Source: Phaeosaccion multiseriatum (taxonomy: Eukaryota > Protista > Ochrophyta, other classes). Taken from it: a stretch of DNA of 64,000 nt. Location of the stretch: positions 4,464,001-4,528,000 of the forward strand of contig OZ218953.1 in assembly GCA_965112735.1 (NCBI GenBank), given 5' to 3'. The notes below the pieces were generated by a model. That model saw only the letters and a program-made list of their open reading frames with translations, was not told where the DNA came from and made no database searches. The position numbers and the translations under genes are program-made. Shown here piece by piece: positions 11,901 through 25,030 of the stretch. Position 1 is the stretch's first letter; every line of letters starts with the position of its first letter.

Positions 11901-14900
11901 AATCCCCGGCGCCCAGCCCTGTTTTTTACCAACGTGTGCGATAGCCCTTCCGCCAGCATCTGGAATGTCAAGAGTTGGTTACGCGTCCCGCCCGCCTTGA
12001 TAGAGCAGCCAGTGCCGGAGAAGCACCAGAAGCACCATGCCCACAGCGGTGGTGCAGCTGTAGCAGGCGGAGTGGAAAAGGAGGGGGGTGGGGCAGGGGA
12101 CGGGCTTTGCAGCAGGGAGAAGCAGTTTGCCAAGTCCGTGCGTGAGGTGAGGGCGACAGGGCAGGGCTTTGTGACCTTCCGCTACACACTCGCAAAGGTG
12201 AGAGACAAGGGAAGGGGAGGAAGGGGAGAGAACCTGAGGGGGAGGAGACAAAGTGGGGATTGAGGGGCGAGGCGGGGGCAGAGGGCGAGCATCCTTCATT
12301 CGTTTCTATGGCCGTAGTTCTGCTGTTGCTGCAGCCGTGTATCACCAACGGCTGCTGCTGGACGCCCATGTGCCTCCTCCTCCTCCTCCTCCTGCAGGCT
12401 GCTGCTGCCGCGGCTCCTCTTTCGCTCGAGGATGAAATGCGGACGGCCCCCGCCCCCAACCCCCAAGAGATCTACTGGGGTAACATCACCTTCCCCAAGC
12501 AGATTTCCGACGTCAGGAATCATTTTACGACGTACTTGATCATCGTGGCGTCTCTCTTCTATTTTCTGCCCGGTAAGATAGGATACGATACGGTCTCTCG
12601 TTTCTCTGTCCCTCCGCGGCTGCTGCTGCTGACCCGGATCCTGACCCTCTGGCCTCTTTCCCTCTCCTGCTGCGAATGCGAATGCGAATGCGAATGCGAA
12701 ATCAAGTCATCCTTCCCCCCCCCCCGCCCCTGCCCGGCCTTCGCCTTGACCCTAATTTTGGACCTTCACCTTAACCCTTCACCTTCTCCTTAACGTGAAC
12801 ATTTGCCTTGGCCTTCAGTGGGTGCTGTGCAGTTAGTGGCGTCTCTCGGGAGCGGATTCTTAGCAGACTATTTGCCTGTCCTGGCGAGTCTCGGCCTTGT
12901 GAGGGCAGTGCCCGCCGTGCTGGAGAGAGTGCACGTGCACTTTGTCAAGGGTGTTAGCCAAGAGACCATGGAGAGATGGATGCTCTCGGTGAGTGAGGGG
13001 TTGAGTCAGTAAGTCAGTTGCGCGTCACTTAAACAGTCAGTCAGTCAGTCAGTCAGAGTCGGAGTCGAGGCAGGGATGGCAAACCGGACTTGCTCTGACT
13101 AAGACCCGCGCTTGTGTCTGCTCCCCCTCTCTTGACGTCTGTGCAGAGGCACTTCAATGTGCTCATTGGATACATCTTTGCCAATATGGGTGAGTGAGTG
13201 AGTGAGTGAGAGTAAAGGGGGAGGATGTGGGTATTGGATATACAAATGTATTATAATTTCGTACATAGCCGTATTTGCATGTAACAGGTATATCACACGT
13301 TGCGAGCAGCAGCTGTTGTGGGGTCGTATTTTTGTGGGAGGGAGAGAGAAGAGTGCGTAAGGACATTAATAAGTACGTAGCAGCACATGCAGAGCAGGAT
13401 CAAGCCTGGAGTAAGGTACGACCGCTGACCTTACACCGTCCTCTTCCCCCTTTCTTGTGCTTTGTTGGCCTTGTTGGGCTGGCCTTGTTGGGCTGGACTG
13501 CTTGCTCCCCCCCCCCAACCCCCGTCTGCTTGCTCGACCCCGACCCGCAGCCCTGGGCATCTTCTTCCGCTCGCTGGACGATCTCTTCGTCAACATCGAC
13601 CCCAACCAAATCACGGCAGAGCCCGGCGATGCCTTTGCGACGTAAGGAGGCAATGGATGGCAGTCGATGGGCCGGGCAGTTACTACATAGTAGGGGACAG
13701 TTGATGGCAGTGGATGGCAGTGGATAGGCGACAGACACCGTTTCTAGATGGATGGCAGTGGATGGGCGACGCCATCACTAGATGGGGGGCAGTGGATGGG
13801 CGAGGCCGTGATTGCAATCCATGTACCGACTTGTGCCCAACCCATCTTCTTCCTCTCTCTCTTCCCACTGACTTATCAGTGTGGCCCAGGCCATCCCTGC
13901 CATCTCCACTTTTTTCTTCAACTACATTGTGTCCGAGGCGCTCATTGCCGGCTCCATGGAGTTCTCGAGGATTGTGGACATCTTCCGAGTCGGAGTCAAG
14001 GTGTGGTTCAGAGACAGGTACGTGTGTGGGTAGACGGCAGGTGGACAGCAGCTAGACGGCAGGTGGACAGCAGCTAGACGGCAGCTATACAGCAGCTAGA
14101 CGGCAGGTGGACAGCAGCTAGACGGCAGCTATACAGCAGCTAGACGGCAGGTGGACAGCAGCTAGACGGCAGGTGGACAGCAGCTAGACGGCAGCTATAC
14201 AGCAGCTAGACGGCAGGTGGACAGCAGCTAGACGGCAGCTATACAGCAGCTAGACGGCAGGTGGACAGCAGCTAGACGGCAGCTATACAGCAGCTAGACG
14301 GCAGGTGGACAGCAGCTAGACGGCAGCTATACAGCAGCTAGACGGCAGGTGGACAGCAGCTAGACGGCAGGTGGACAGCAGCTAGACGGCAGGTGGACAG
14401 CAGCTAGACGGCAGGTGGACAGCAGCTAGACGGCAGCTATACAGTAGCTAGACGGCAGGTGGACAGCAGCTAGACAGCAGCGGGCGATGAGACGCACTTG
14501 TTGTTTCTTCATGGTGGTACTGGCACTGCTGGCGCTGTGTGGTGTAGACTTGTCTGACTACTTACCACCTCTTCCCTTCCTCCCTCCCTCCCTCGCCCTT
14601 CCGTCGATCCTTCCTTCTGCTCGGGTCGGGTCCTTCCACTCCGCCCTCACCATCACCACCCACTCAATCCCCCACCCCCCTCCCACACACACACAGCTCG
14701 GAGCTGACTGCTCGCTACTACAAGGACCACGTGTACCCCATTCGTCTCCACAGGCCCAAATTCGGCAGCCGTATGCCCCGCCACATTGTGATTCTGCTCA
14801 TCTGCTTCATCTACGGACCTATCGCTCCAGTGGTTTCGCTGGCAGGGGTGGCCTTCTTTACCATCACCCTCATCGTATTCAGGGTGAGGCAGGATGGGAG

Positions 14901-16840
14901 CGATGGGAGACGGGAGGTGGGAGAGAAGGCACACGGAGACCCACACGGGGATGCACGCTCGAATCAATCGAGCAATCAGTCAACCCCTTTATTCTAATAC
15001 CTGCTGCCATCTTACTTTGCTTTCCCCCGCTTCTCTCTTCCCGATCCCCCACCCTCTCACCCCCACTTGCCTTCCTTCCTTGCTTCCTCCCTCCGTCCCT
15101 CGCTCCGTTCCTTCCTTCTTCCTTCCCTCCCTCCCTCCGTTCCCTCCTTCTTCCTTCCCTCCATCCCTCCGTCCCTCCCTCCGTACCTTCCTTCTTCCTT
15201 CCCCCCCTCCCTCCCTCCTTCCCCCCCCTCCAATCCCGCAGCACAAATCCGTGTTTATGTTCGTCTCCACCTTCGAAACGGGTGGAGAGTTTTTCATCTG
15301 GGCCCACCGCTGCGTCATGGTATCCTACCTCTTCTCCCTCGGCCCTTTACTCCTCCTCTTGTTGCTCAAAGCATCTTGGCTGCCGGTGCTCTGCCTCTTG
15401 CCCATCTTCCCCATTGTGGTGGACAAGTGGAAGCAGTCGTGGAGAAAGTATGGGGTCAAGAGTCTGGGGTTGCCTTTGGACACGGCCCGGAAGATTGACG
15501 AGGAGGCACGTCAGGGAGACACAAGTGTGTGGAGTTGCAGTCGCTTCGAGAGTGATATGTACCTACAGGTGTGTGCAATATATGGGGCTTTTGCTTTTGA
15601 GCGTTCCACTTGACAGTTACTCCTTGACAAGAGACCTTGTACAGAGGGTTTGGACATGACCAGGAGAGGTGGGGAGGAGGAGGAGGAGGAGGAGGAGGAG
15701 GGGGGGGGGGGGAAGGGGGGCAGGAGCACGAGCAGGAGCAGAGTGGCAGAGAGAATGTGCTACGACTAGGAAGGAGGAGGAGAACAAGGAGCGGGGGTGG
15801 GGGGTGGAGAATGGCAAGCATTAGCGTAGCGTAACCCCCTTCCCCATTTCCCTCTTCACTCTTCCCTTCCGTCCCTTATGATGCGACGGTTCTCTGTGCC
15901 GTGCTACGCAGCCTGCCTTGCGAGCACCGCTTACGCTGGAGCCCTCTTCACAGTTGGCGTGGGTATCACCATCTGTGCACCTGCCATTTAGTCTCAATGC
16001 CGACACGGTTGGGGGCCGACGAGCCCGAAGCACTTGTGAGAGACTTCGGCACCTGCTCGGCTTGAGGAGGTCAGAACCGGGGCGGAGGAGGACCAGCCTT
16101 ACAGCGAGCGAGGTAGGCGAGAATGGGGTGGACGCGGAGATGGGCGGGGTCGGCCAAAGCGAAGATGTCGATGGGACGAGGTACCTTCGCCACCGCCCGC
16201 TGGGAGAGCGCCCGACCTTTGATGACACCACGAATCGGGTAAGTGGGTTATAGCTTGGGTAGGTGGGGTGAGAGGGGTGAGAGGGGTGAGAGGGGTGAGA
16301 GGGGTGCTGCTGAGCGGACGGATAATGGAGGGTACAAACGTACTGGTTGATGAAGATGTTATTATTCGCCGCTGCTGCTGCTTGGTGCAGACCTGTTTCC
16401 ACGCGCACACATCCACACACTTTTCCTTGCACATGTTATTGATTGAAACACCCACGCGCAAACAAACACTCACTCACACACACACACACACACACACATA
16501 CACATACACACAGGTCACACACACGCAAGACTTCCGCGGGGGGGCGTTACAACGGCAGCGCAACTTCAAGAACAAGGACGAGGACAACAGCAGCGTCCTC
16601 CTGCGCAACTTCATGATCAAGGGGGAGGACAACAGCATCATCATGAAGGAGCAAGCAAAGGAGGAGAAGCCTGAGGAGGGGCAGGGGCAGGGACAGGGGC
16701 AGCAAGAGGGGACTCCCTCGGACCCTCTGACGGACGGAGTGCAGGCCCTGGGTAGGGAGTCACATATGGCGGAACTTCGCGGGTTGTACTCGTGGGACGT
16801 GACCAGCCCTGCACCTCCAAATATGCCCCCCCACCTCTGA
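8950..16840 (+). CDS. OSCA/CSC1/TMEM63 (ERD4-like) mechanosensitive Ca2+-permeable channel, multi-exon
   Basis: Diagnostic segments: WISPIWKLDQDE; D-YIMLRLLRIG; FTMANV; YSLMLSKIP...YFEAIFPG-V; GFVTF; APAPNPQEIYWGNI; STFFFNYIV; IYGPIAP; FETGGEFF. It carries a large low-complexity cytosolic insert. Confidence 0.9.
14031..14481. repeat. Intronic 22-bp minisatellite with two unit variants, 20 copies
   Basis: A=TAGACGGCAGGTGGACAGCAGC, B=TAGACGGCAGCTATACAGCAGC. It starts just after the donor at ~14018. Confidence 0.95.
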
Positions 16841-16961
16841 CGTCCAGGACCCATTTGAGCGCTTTTTCTCTTTCTTTGTAATTAAAACTAATTAGTTGAA
16901 GGTTATTTATTAATTAAAAAAAATTTCACCAACTACTTCTAAAAGTATGGTAGCGCTTGCA
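16841..16961. terminator. AT-rich shared 3'-end region between convergent OSCA and aminotransferase genes
   Basis: 121-bp gap between the stop codons, containing TAATTAAAACTAATTAG...TTATTTATTAATTAAAAAAAA in an otherwise GC-rich window. Confidence 0.4.
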
Positions 16962-19900
16962 TCATGACTGGGGCGAAGTGGGCAGTCTCTTTGGATATGT
17001 CCTCCACCACTCCTTCATGCGAACCATTGATTGGCGGACATGCTCTGTGCTGCCACAAAAGCTGAAGCGCACCCGTTTCGTCCCCTTGTCTAATGGTGTA
17101 GAGCGCGTACGCGTGTGAGTAGAAGGGAGCAACGTTTAGGGTGGGTGATGTGATGCCGTTCGAGAGGGAGAGAGGAAGGAAGACGAGAGGGATAGAGGGA
17201 GAGGAAGAGGGGGAAATGGAGAGAGGGAAGAGGAAGAGAGGAAGGATAGAGAGAGAGGGAGGAGAGAGGGATTGAGTGCGTTTGACAAAAGAGAGGGCGG
17301 GGGGGGGGAGAGGGTGAAACAAGCTACGGAAGCGGCCACCTCATGAGCCACTTGAGGCCCCAACGGCACTGACACTCACACTCACAGCCCCAACAGCACT
17401 GACACTCACACTCACAGCCCCAACAGCACTGACACTCACACTCACTGCCCCAACAGCACTGACACTCACACTCACTGCCCCAACAGCACTGACACTCACA
17501 CTCACAGCCCCAACAGCACTGACACTCACACTCACTGCCCCAACAGCACTGACACTCACACTCACTGCCCCAACAGCACTGACACTCACACTCACTGCCC
17601 CAACAGCACTGACACTCACACTCACTGCCCCAACAGCACTGACACTCACACTCACAGCCCCAACAGCACTGACACTCACACTCACTGCCCCAACAGCACT
17701 GACACTCACACTCACTGCCCCAACAGCACTGACACTCACACTCACTGCCCCAACAGCACTGACACTCACACTCACAGCCCCAACTGAAACTCACACACGC
17801 AACAATCCCACTCACCCGAGTGAGGGCACTCAAAGTCCGTGCCCGGTGTGATGGCGACCCCAACATCCTCGAGCAAGTCTCTGGCCAGGACTGCGCTGTC
17901 TAGCACGTCTTTGGACGTGTCTACGTAGACGTAAAAGGCGCCATCGCTAGGGGCCACGCTGGTGAAACCCATGTCGGCAAGACCCTCCAGGAGGATGGCG
18001 CGGTTCAGAGCGTACTGGTGGACGGCAAGTGGGAGAGAGAAGAGAAGGGAAGACGAGTGGAAGAAAAGAGTGTCAGTGGGCGGGCATGCATTTTGTAATT
18101 ACGGCGGGAGGGAGGGAGGGAGGGAGGGCGGGAGGGAGGGAGGGAGGGGCGGAAGGAAGGAAGGAAGGAGGGAGGGAGGGAGGGAGGGAGGGAGGGAGGC
18201 AGGGAGGGAGAGAGGGAGGGAGGGGGGACGGAAGGAGGGAGGGAGGGAGGGAGGGAGGGAGGGAGGGAGGAGGGAGGGAGGGAGGGAGGGAGGGAAGGAA
18301 GGAGGGAGGGAGGGAGGGAGGGAAGGAGGGAGGGAGGGAGGGAGGGAAGGAGGGAGGGAGGGAGGGAGGGTGGGGGGGAGGGTATGACAGAGTATGGCAG
18401 GGAGGGAGTACCTTCTCTATGTGCTGCTCCAGCTCCTGCCGGCAGTCGAAGGCCGCCACGGCCGCGAGCTGCGAGAGGGTGGGGGCGTTAATGTAGAGGT
18501 TCTGGGCCAGGCGGTTGACGGCAGACACCATGCGCTGAGGCACCACCATCCAGCCCAGACGCCAACCTGACAGGCGCAGCAGTTGGAGTGGTGATGAGCC
18601 ATCGACTTTCCTAAAATCGGGAAGCACGAAATGCTGATTGACTTGCGTTCTCTACTTCTCACCTGTCATGCTGTAGTACTTGCTGAAGCTGTTGATGACC
18701 ATGCAATTACTACCTCCCTCCCCACCCTCCTCCCCACCCTCTTTGCCACTCTCGTCACACTCGTTGTCTACGAACGCAAGGGCCGTTTCGTCCTTCTTGC
18801 CGAAGGTAATTCCGTGATAAATCTCGTCTGAAATAAACATGACGCCGCTCTCCTGGCAGGTTTGACATAGCCCCTCAAGCTCTTCAGCACTAAGCATCGC
18901 TCCTGTGGGGTTACTCGGTGAGCTTATTGGTGGGTGGAGAGCAGCGAGAGGAAAGCGGGCAAGAGGATGGCAGTGGAGGGAGGGGGCGCGAGGACGGGGA
19001 GTGAGCGAAGAGTCGGAGAGGGCAATCAAGAAGATGGCGACAGGCTGTGGCGTTGCAGGTAGATGTGTGTGTGTGTGTGTGTCCTTGCCATCCGTTGCCA
19101 TCCGCTCACTGCCTTCCATTGTCATCCCGTCGATCCAGAGCTGGCCCAAAAGGGAGGGACCCTGGCGGCCGAGAGCGGTTGAGTAGGAAGGAGACGATCG
19201 ATTGTACCTCAGAATAATGCCCTTCAAAGGCTCCTCGCCGGTCTCTCGCATTTCCTCCATCTTGCTCCGCAGCTCTGCAGCGGTGACCTTATACTCCGCG
19301 TTGGTGTCAATCGTCACCACATCGCACCCTGGTTGGTTGGTTGGATGGTTGGTTGGTTGGTTGGTTGGTTGGTTGGTAGGTAGGTTGGGTGAGTGGGTGG
19401 GTGGTGGAGGACCATTCGTTCGCAAGAGTTAGGCAAAGAGTGTCAAAAAAGCCGCGGAGCAGGGCAGGCAGGCAGGTAGGCAGGTAGGCAGCGGGCACCG
19501 GACCCGAGACGCTTGCCGCTTGCCAGCCCCTCACTTGACTTACCGAAGGCGTTGAGTATATGACGATAGCAAGGATATGAGGACGAGGCCACGGCCACCT
19601 TGTCACCGACGTCAAACGACGCCAGAAAGGCCAGCAAAAACGCCCCACTGCTCCCCGTCGTGACTACCACGCGCTCCTCCGCGATCTGTGCAGCCATGGG
19701 CAATGGAGCAAGCACGAGTTCACGACACAGAACGCAAGCAAGTTCACCAGACAGGGCTTCGCTACTGTCGTCGTCATGATGATGCCAGCAGCAGAGGCCC
19801 CGCTCACCTTCACACCGTACTTGTCGTGGTAGTGCTGTGCTATTCTTTTCCGCAACGGGCCAACGCCGAGTGCGTCTGTATATCCTAACCTATTCGAGTC

Positions 19901-20539
19901 CAGCGCGGAGGCCGCCGCCTCCCGTACGCCCCTGTCCGTGTGTGTCCATGTCCGTCCGATCCAGATGTCAAACGAGTAACACGGTTAGTCGTAGCAGGGT
20001 TCTTCGCCACACGGCTAGTCGTCTTACGCAAGGAATCACAAGGATCTTCGAACTTCCCCAAGCACTCTTCTCTCCCCTGTCTCACCTTGGCGCTCCGGTC
20101 TGAGGCTGGCCCACCTGCGTGTCGGGTCGGTGCACACGGGCAGAGAAGAGAGAAGAGAGAGGTGAGGGATGAAGAGGACGTAGAACTGATCTAGTATATG
20201 TCGTAGTGTCACGACAATACCTCTACCTCAAGATGTAGCACGCTCTTGCCCTCCCTCTCCAGCTCTCCTGCACGCCGCAAGACATCCATGACCCTGGGTA
20301 TGTTTTCATTGCAGGGCACGGCAAGTGGTCGATGAGCAGACTTGTGTGGCACTTCGAGAGCGCCTGCAACGCATTTAGCACATTGCTCTTCCCTTGATGG
20401 GACACTTTACTCACTTGAAGCTCTCCACTAGCCCTGATCGGCGGCTCAGAGCGGTCGCTCTTGATCCTGACCCCCCTCCCGTTGCTGCTAATGCTCCGAC
20501 TAGTCTGCATACTAACAGCAGTCCCACCGTGAGCTTCAT
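16962..20539 (-). CDS. PLP-dependent aminotransferase class I/II (bacterial AspAT-Ib-like) with N-terminal signal peptide
   Basis: Spliced: MKLTVGLLLVCRLVGALAA...SRRSGLVESFKVMDVLRRAGELEREGKSVLHLE/VGQPQTGAP; GYTDALG; VVTTGSSGAF; SSSYPCY; SPSNPTG; SDEIYHGI; NSFSKYYSMTGWRLGW (PLP lysine); TPGTDF; last exon RVRFSFCGS...PQS*. Confidence 0.9.
17357..17783. repeat. Intronic 30-bp minisatellite (GCCCCAACAGCACTGACACTCACACTCACW), ~14 copies
   Basis: Near-perfect tandem units inside the last intron of the aminotransferase gene. Confidence 0.95.
18107..18370. repeat. (GGGA)n intronic microsatellite
   Basis: Imperfect GGGA/GGAA run between aminotransferase exons. Confidence 0.9.
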
Positions 20540-20828
20540 CGCCGGATGCTTCAGGATGATCGCTTCAGAGAGATACCTCAGAGAAAGCTCAGAGATCTAT
20601 CGATCCATTTCAGCGGCAATCCAATTGACAGGAAGCGGTTGGTCCTCCAGCTAAAAAATCACAGATGAACTGCTTGTACATTACTTTTAGACAACCATAG
20701 ATGGCACTTAATGTAATGTACCCGAAGTCTTGGTGCGGTACCTCGCTGTATGTACTGTGCTGAGCTTTAAATGGTCCTGCGACTTCTGATTTTGAATTCC
20801 CGTTTGGAAGGGCTGCTGTGATATAACC

Positions 20829-23800
20829 ATGATCAGCCTGGTTGAAGCCTACGAGGAGAGCTCAAAATCAGCACTCGTCTTGCACAAGCAACGCCTTCAG
20901 GGCCTGCTGTTTCAGCTCTACGGTGAACCGGGTTCGCCAGATGATGAAGCGGCGACCGGGCTACCACCTCCACCCCCACCTGCGCCTCCACCTCCACCAC
21001 CACTGCCGCCTTCGCCCTCGCAGCCTACCGCACCTCCACCGCCGCTGTCCGAGGGGAAGGATCAGCGGGAAGGCTCGCTGAAGGAGGCAGAGTTGTCGGC
21101 ATCCCTCGGTCTCTCCTCTGCACCTCTACTAAGCAGATGCGATGAAGAGTCCGCTCTAGCATCCAACACCACCTGCAAAGCTGTGTTGGACGGATGGGTC
21201 GCGTTCACGGACGACAAGAGGAGAAGGAGGCGAGTTGTGGACATTGCGGAAGACGGCCTGAAAGCGAGAAGAAGGAGACAAGCGTTGCACAAGTGGCGCG
21301 AGCGGGTATGGGAAGTGTGGTCGCAGCGGATCGAGGCAGCAAACGCAGCAGAACGGCGGAGATTGACGGTGAGAAGGAAGGTGTGGCGGGGCTTGGCCCA
21401 GCACGCCACGGAACAGCTTCACCTGCGGAGGGTGCTCTTCAGAGGGGTCCAGAGGCGCTTCTTACGACGACTTGCAACGCATACAGTAGCCGCGGAGGAA
21501 GAGCGCAGCAGAAAGGCCGATGCTCATGCCATTGGCTTCGCGAAGCGGGTACGAGGCCTGTGGGCTTGGGCTGCAGCCGCACAGCGGAGGAGAGCGGCGA
21601 TCATGCTCACAATGGCCTTGGGGCAGTGGGAGGGGCGTCTCGCTCTCCGCTCTGCTTGGAAACTGTGGCAATCGCTGGTGGAGCAGCAGCAGGAGAGAGA
21701 GGGGGGGCTGTGGCTGCGGGCAGAGGCCGCTCTCCGCGGTAGTGGCCTGCGAAGAGCCTTCCGTGACTGGTGCGGCCACGTCCACGCCAGGTGGAAGCAG
21801 GCAGAGAGCAAGAGGCGGGGAGACGACCTCTACCAGCGCGGTCTCAAGACACTGGCGGCCCACAGAGCATTCTCGCGGTGGCGGGCTTTGGCTGCTCGAA
21901 GCAAGCAGACGCAGGACGCGGGTAGGAGAGTTGCGGCGGCCTCGAAAAGGAGGCGCTTGGCGGACATGTGGGCGCATTGGCGACTGCCACTGGTGCTAGC
22001 GGCTGGCAGGAGGGAGGTGGTGAGGCGACTGAGCTACGTGCATGGCGTCGTGCAGAGGAGAGAAGCGCTGAAGCATTGGGTGAGAGCGGTGCGTGAGGAG
22101 AGAGCCGAGGAGCGCTGGGACACCGCAGCCGCCAGCCAGAGTCGGCACCGAGGCCTTCGGTGGGCGATGGATCAGTGGTGGCGCCTCTGCCGCTCTCGGC
22201 GTGTGGGTGTCATTGCGTGTGAGCTTGCGGCGGAGCACTTGTGTCTCGTACGCTTCCCCCACTCCGTCAGGAGGGCGTGGGCGAGGTGGTTGGGGAGGTG
22301 TAGAGCGAAGCACCGTCTGGTCTTGGGGCGAGGAGGAGGAGGAGGAGGAGGAGGAGGAGGAGGAAGGGAGAGGAGAAGGCTGGATATTGACAGCGTGAGC
22401 GCCTTGGTGAGGCGACAGACGGGGCTGCGCAGGGGTGTGAGGGCGTGGGGCGAGCACGTGTTGGCAGGAAGGAGAGCGAGAAGGCTGGAGAGGAGGGCTT
22501 CGACCTGGCGGCTGAGGCGGGCGTGGAGCGTGTTTCGGACCAAGACACAAGTCGGGGGTAGGGAGAGGCTCCTCCGGGCACGTCTCCAGGAGAGGGCGCA
22601 AGAGCACCGACGGCGGCGCTTAGTGAGGAGCCACGGCATGTCCCCGAGTGGGCAGTGGGTCAGCAGCAACAGCAGAGGAGGAGGAGGAGGAGGAGGAGGA
22701 GGAGGAGGAGGAGGAGGAGGAGGAGGGAGGGGAGGGGGAGGGGGGGGGGAGGGTCTTTCTCTGTCCCTGTGCTTCGCCCTGCAGAGGATGCGTGTGGAGG
22801 CGCAGAGGAGGTTTGCCCAGCGGGGTGCTGTTATGCTCGCCGACGCAAGGCATCGGCGCAGGACAGGGCTGTGGGCGCTTTGCGTGTGGTACCATTGCAC
22901 CATAACCCGACCCCAACAGCAGAGGCAGATCAGACACACAGGCCGTCTGCTAGCGGACGCGGTGAGGGGTAAGCAGCTACTGTGGCGAGGCTTTGTGTCG
23001 TGGGAGGGCTTCCAACGGCAGCGAAGAAAGAGGCGTATGGCGCTGGACTGGGCTCGTTCGCGGCTGCTGTATGGAGGCGTTGCCCGTGTGCTTCTCACAT
23101 GGGCGGGGCATACTGTGGAGGCGAGGGAGGGGCGGCTGGACATGGCCATTCGTCACGAGCGGCAGAGGCTCGCATGGTGGGTGATGAAGGAATGGCGTGC
23201 GAGGGTGCTGGAGATTGTTATGCCACCCAATGAGGCAAGGACCGTCGCTGGCAGGGCAAGGGGAGGAGGAGGGAGAGGAGAGCGACGAAGAGGAGTTGTG
23301 CGTGTGGGAGCGGCGAAGGGGAGGTGGGAGAGGAGGGCAAGAGCAGGGTGTGTACGGGAGGCCTGGCTCTTGAGGGGGGCTCTTGGGTGCTGGCATAACA
23401 AGGCTCTGCTGGCGCGGCGGAAGAGGACGGTGTGGTGGCACTGGCAGGAGTACGCTCGGGGCATGAGGGAGAGGCGGATGACAGCGCAGGCCGTAGCCGA
23501 GTGGAGGAGGCGGCGGCAGATGCAGCGGAGCTTGGAAGTCTGCCTCGCCCCCACTGCACTGCGCACGGGGGCGCAGGGGGAGGAGGAGGAGGAGGAGGAG
23601 GGGGGGGGGGAGGGGGGGGCTGGGCGGCTCGTGGGCGCGTTGGCTTGGCTGCTTCGTCCACAGGGAAACCTTGTGTACGCATTGGCCTGTTGGAAAGACC
23701 ACTCACGCCGCAGTGCGGAGGAGCGTCGCATCGATTCCATGTACCTCAGGCGGTGGTGAGTAAGTGGGAATTAGTGTCTTGGGAGAGGAGCATATAGGCG

Positions 23801-23898
23801 AAGAGCTTATACCGTATTGAGCTTTGCCTGGACCTCATCTTGATCCATGACAAGGAAGGTCATTTGACAAAGAAGGTCATTTCTCATCATCATCATCG

Positions 23899-23931
<33 letters not shown>

Positions 23932-24795
23932 CCTCCTCCCCTGCTCCCTCTTTTGATTTTTTAATTCCAGCAACGTTGCTGGGATGAGCAAGGGCTTTTG
24001 TCACTGGAGAGTCTACGCAAGAAACTCACGAAGGAGACAGGAGCGATTGGAGCTAACGGAAAGCAGAATGCAGGGGCACGAGAGGGAGTGCAGAAGAGAA
24101 GCCAAGCGCTTGGCCTTGGGGAAGTGGAGCCGGCGCTCAGCCAGGACCAGGGAACAGCTCGACAAGAGGCATGCGTTGTTGGAGCATGCAGAGATGCATT
24201 GGAATCGGCGTTGGCTTGCGGCTCTTCAGGCGGCGACGAAGAGTGCCGCGTGGAGGAGAGAGGCCCGCCACACCGTGTCGCAGATGAGGGACTTGAGACA
24301 GGTGATGCGAGGGAGGGAGGGAGGGAGGGAGGGAGGGAAGGCGAGGACGGGAGAGAGGGGGGAAGGGAGGGAGAGGGAGGGGGGGGGGGGAGGAAGGGAG
24401 TGATTGGGTGAGTTAGGGAGGGGATAAAGGGAGGACATCTCACCCTGTTGTGTGTTGTGCACAATCCTTTTTTGTTATTCTTCTCGCTAATTCGCCCCCC
24501 CCCCCCCCCAACCCTGCTACTCGTCGCTCACGCACAGGAGTGGCGCCTTCAGAAGGCCTTCGCGGCCCTTAGCGACCATCGCTACGTCCAACACCGCGAA
24601 CGAGCTCGGAGGAGCCTGCAGCAGCGGAGTGGAGCAAGACTGCGTAAGGCTCTGCATGGGTGGCACACTCAAATGCTCGAGAGTCGCTTCCTCCGGATAT
24701 GGGCCTCTCAGGGAGAAGGCCTCGTGCATACAGAGCAGCAGGAGCAGCAGTTGGTGATACAGCAGCAGCAGGCGCAATTCTTGGCCGGGCTGTGA
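20829..24795 (+). CDS. Sfi1-like centrin-binding repeat protein
   Basis: Exons 20829-23755, 23971-24301, 24538-24795. About 20 Arg-rich helical repeats of the form [FLW]xxW[RK] (LRSAWKLWQ, LRRAFRDWC, HRAFSRWRA, VRRAWARWL, LWRGFVSWE, LRKALHGWH). Confidence 0.7.
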
Positions 24796-25030
24796 GACCT
24801 CTTTTGAAAGAAATGTACCTTTTTCGAAGTACGAGCTGAACCAGAAGCCTCAATGGCAGGCACACGGCACACACGCTTCTTTCGGCCATACCGTGGCGAG
24901 TTAAGGCAGTTTCTCTCTCTCTCCGCCTCTCTCTCCTTTTCCCTGTCTGCCTGCGCTGCTGCAGCGCTTACTCCGCACTCTTCCCGAGAGACATCGAGAC
25001 AACACACTCACAGAACCTCATCTCATTGAC

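Noticed and set aside
14031-14481. Possible CRISPR-like array
   Set aside because: Units are contiguous with no unique spacers, there are no cas genes, and the array lies in a eukaryotic intron.
17324-17866. Metallothionein-like (CECECQCCWG)n ORF
   Set aside because: Translation of a 30-bp intronic repeat. The aminotransferase's conserved last exon lies beyond it at ~17090-16962.
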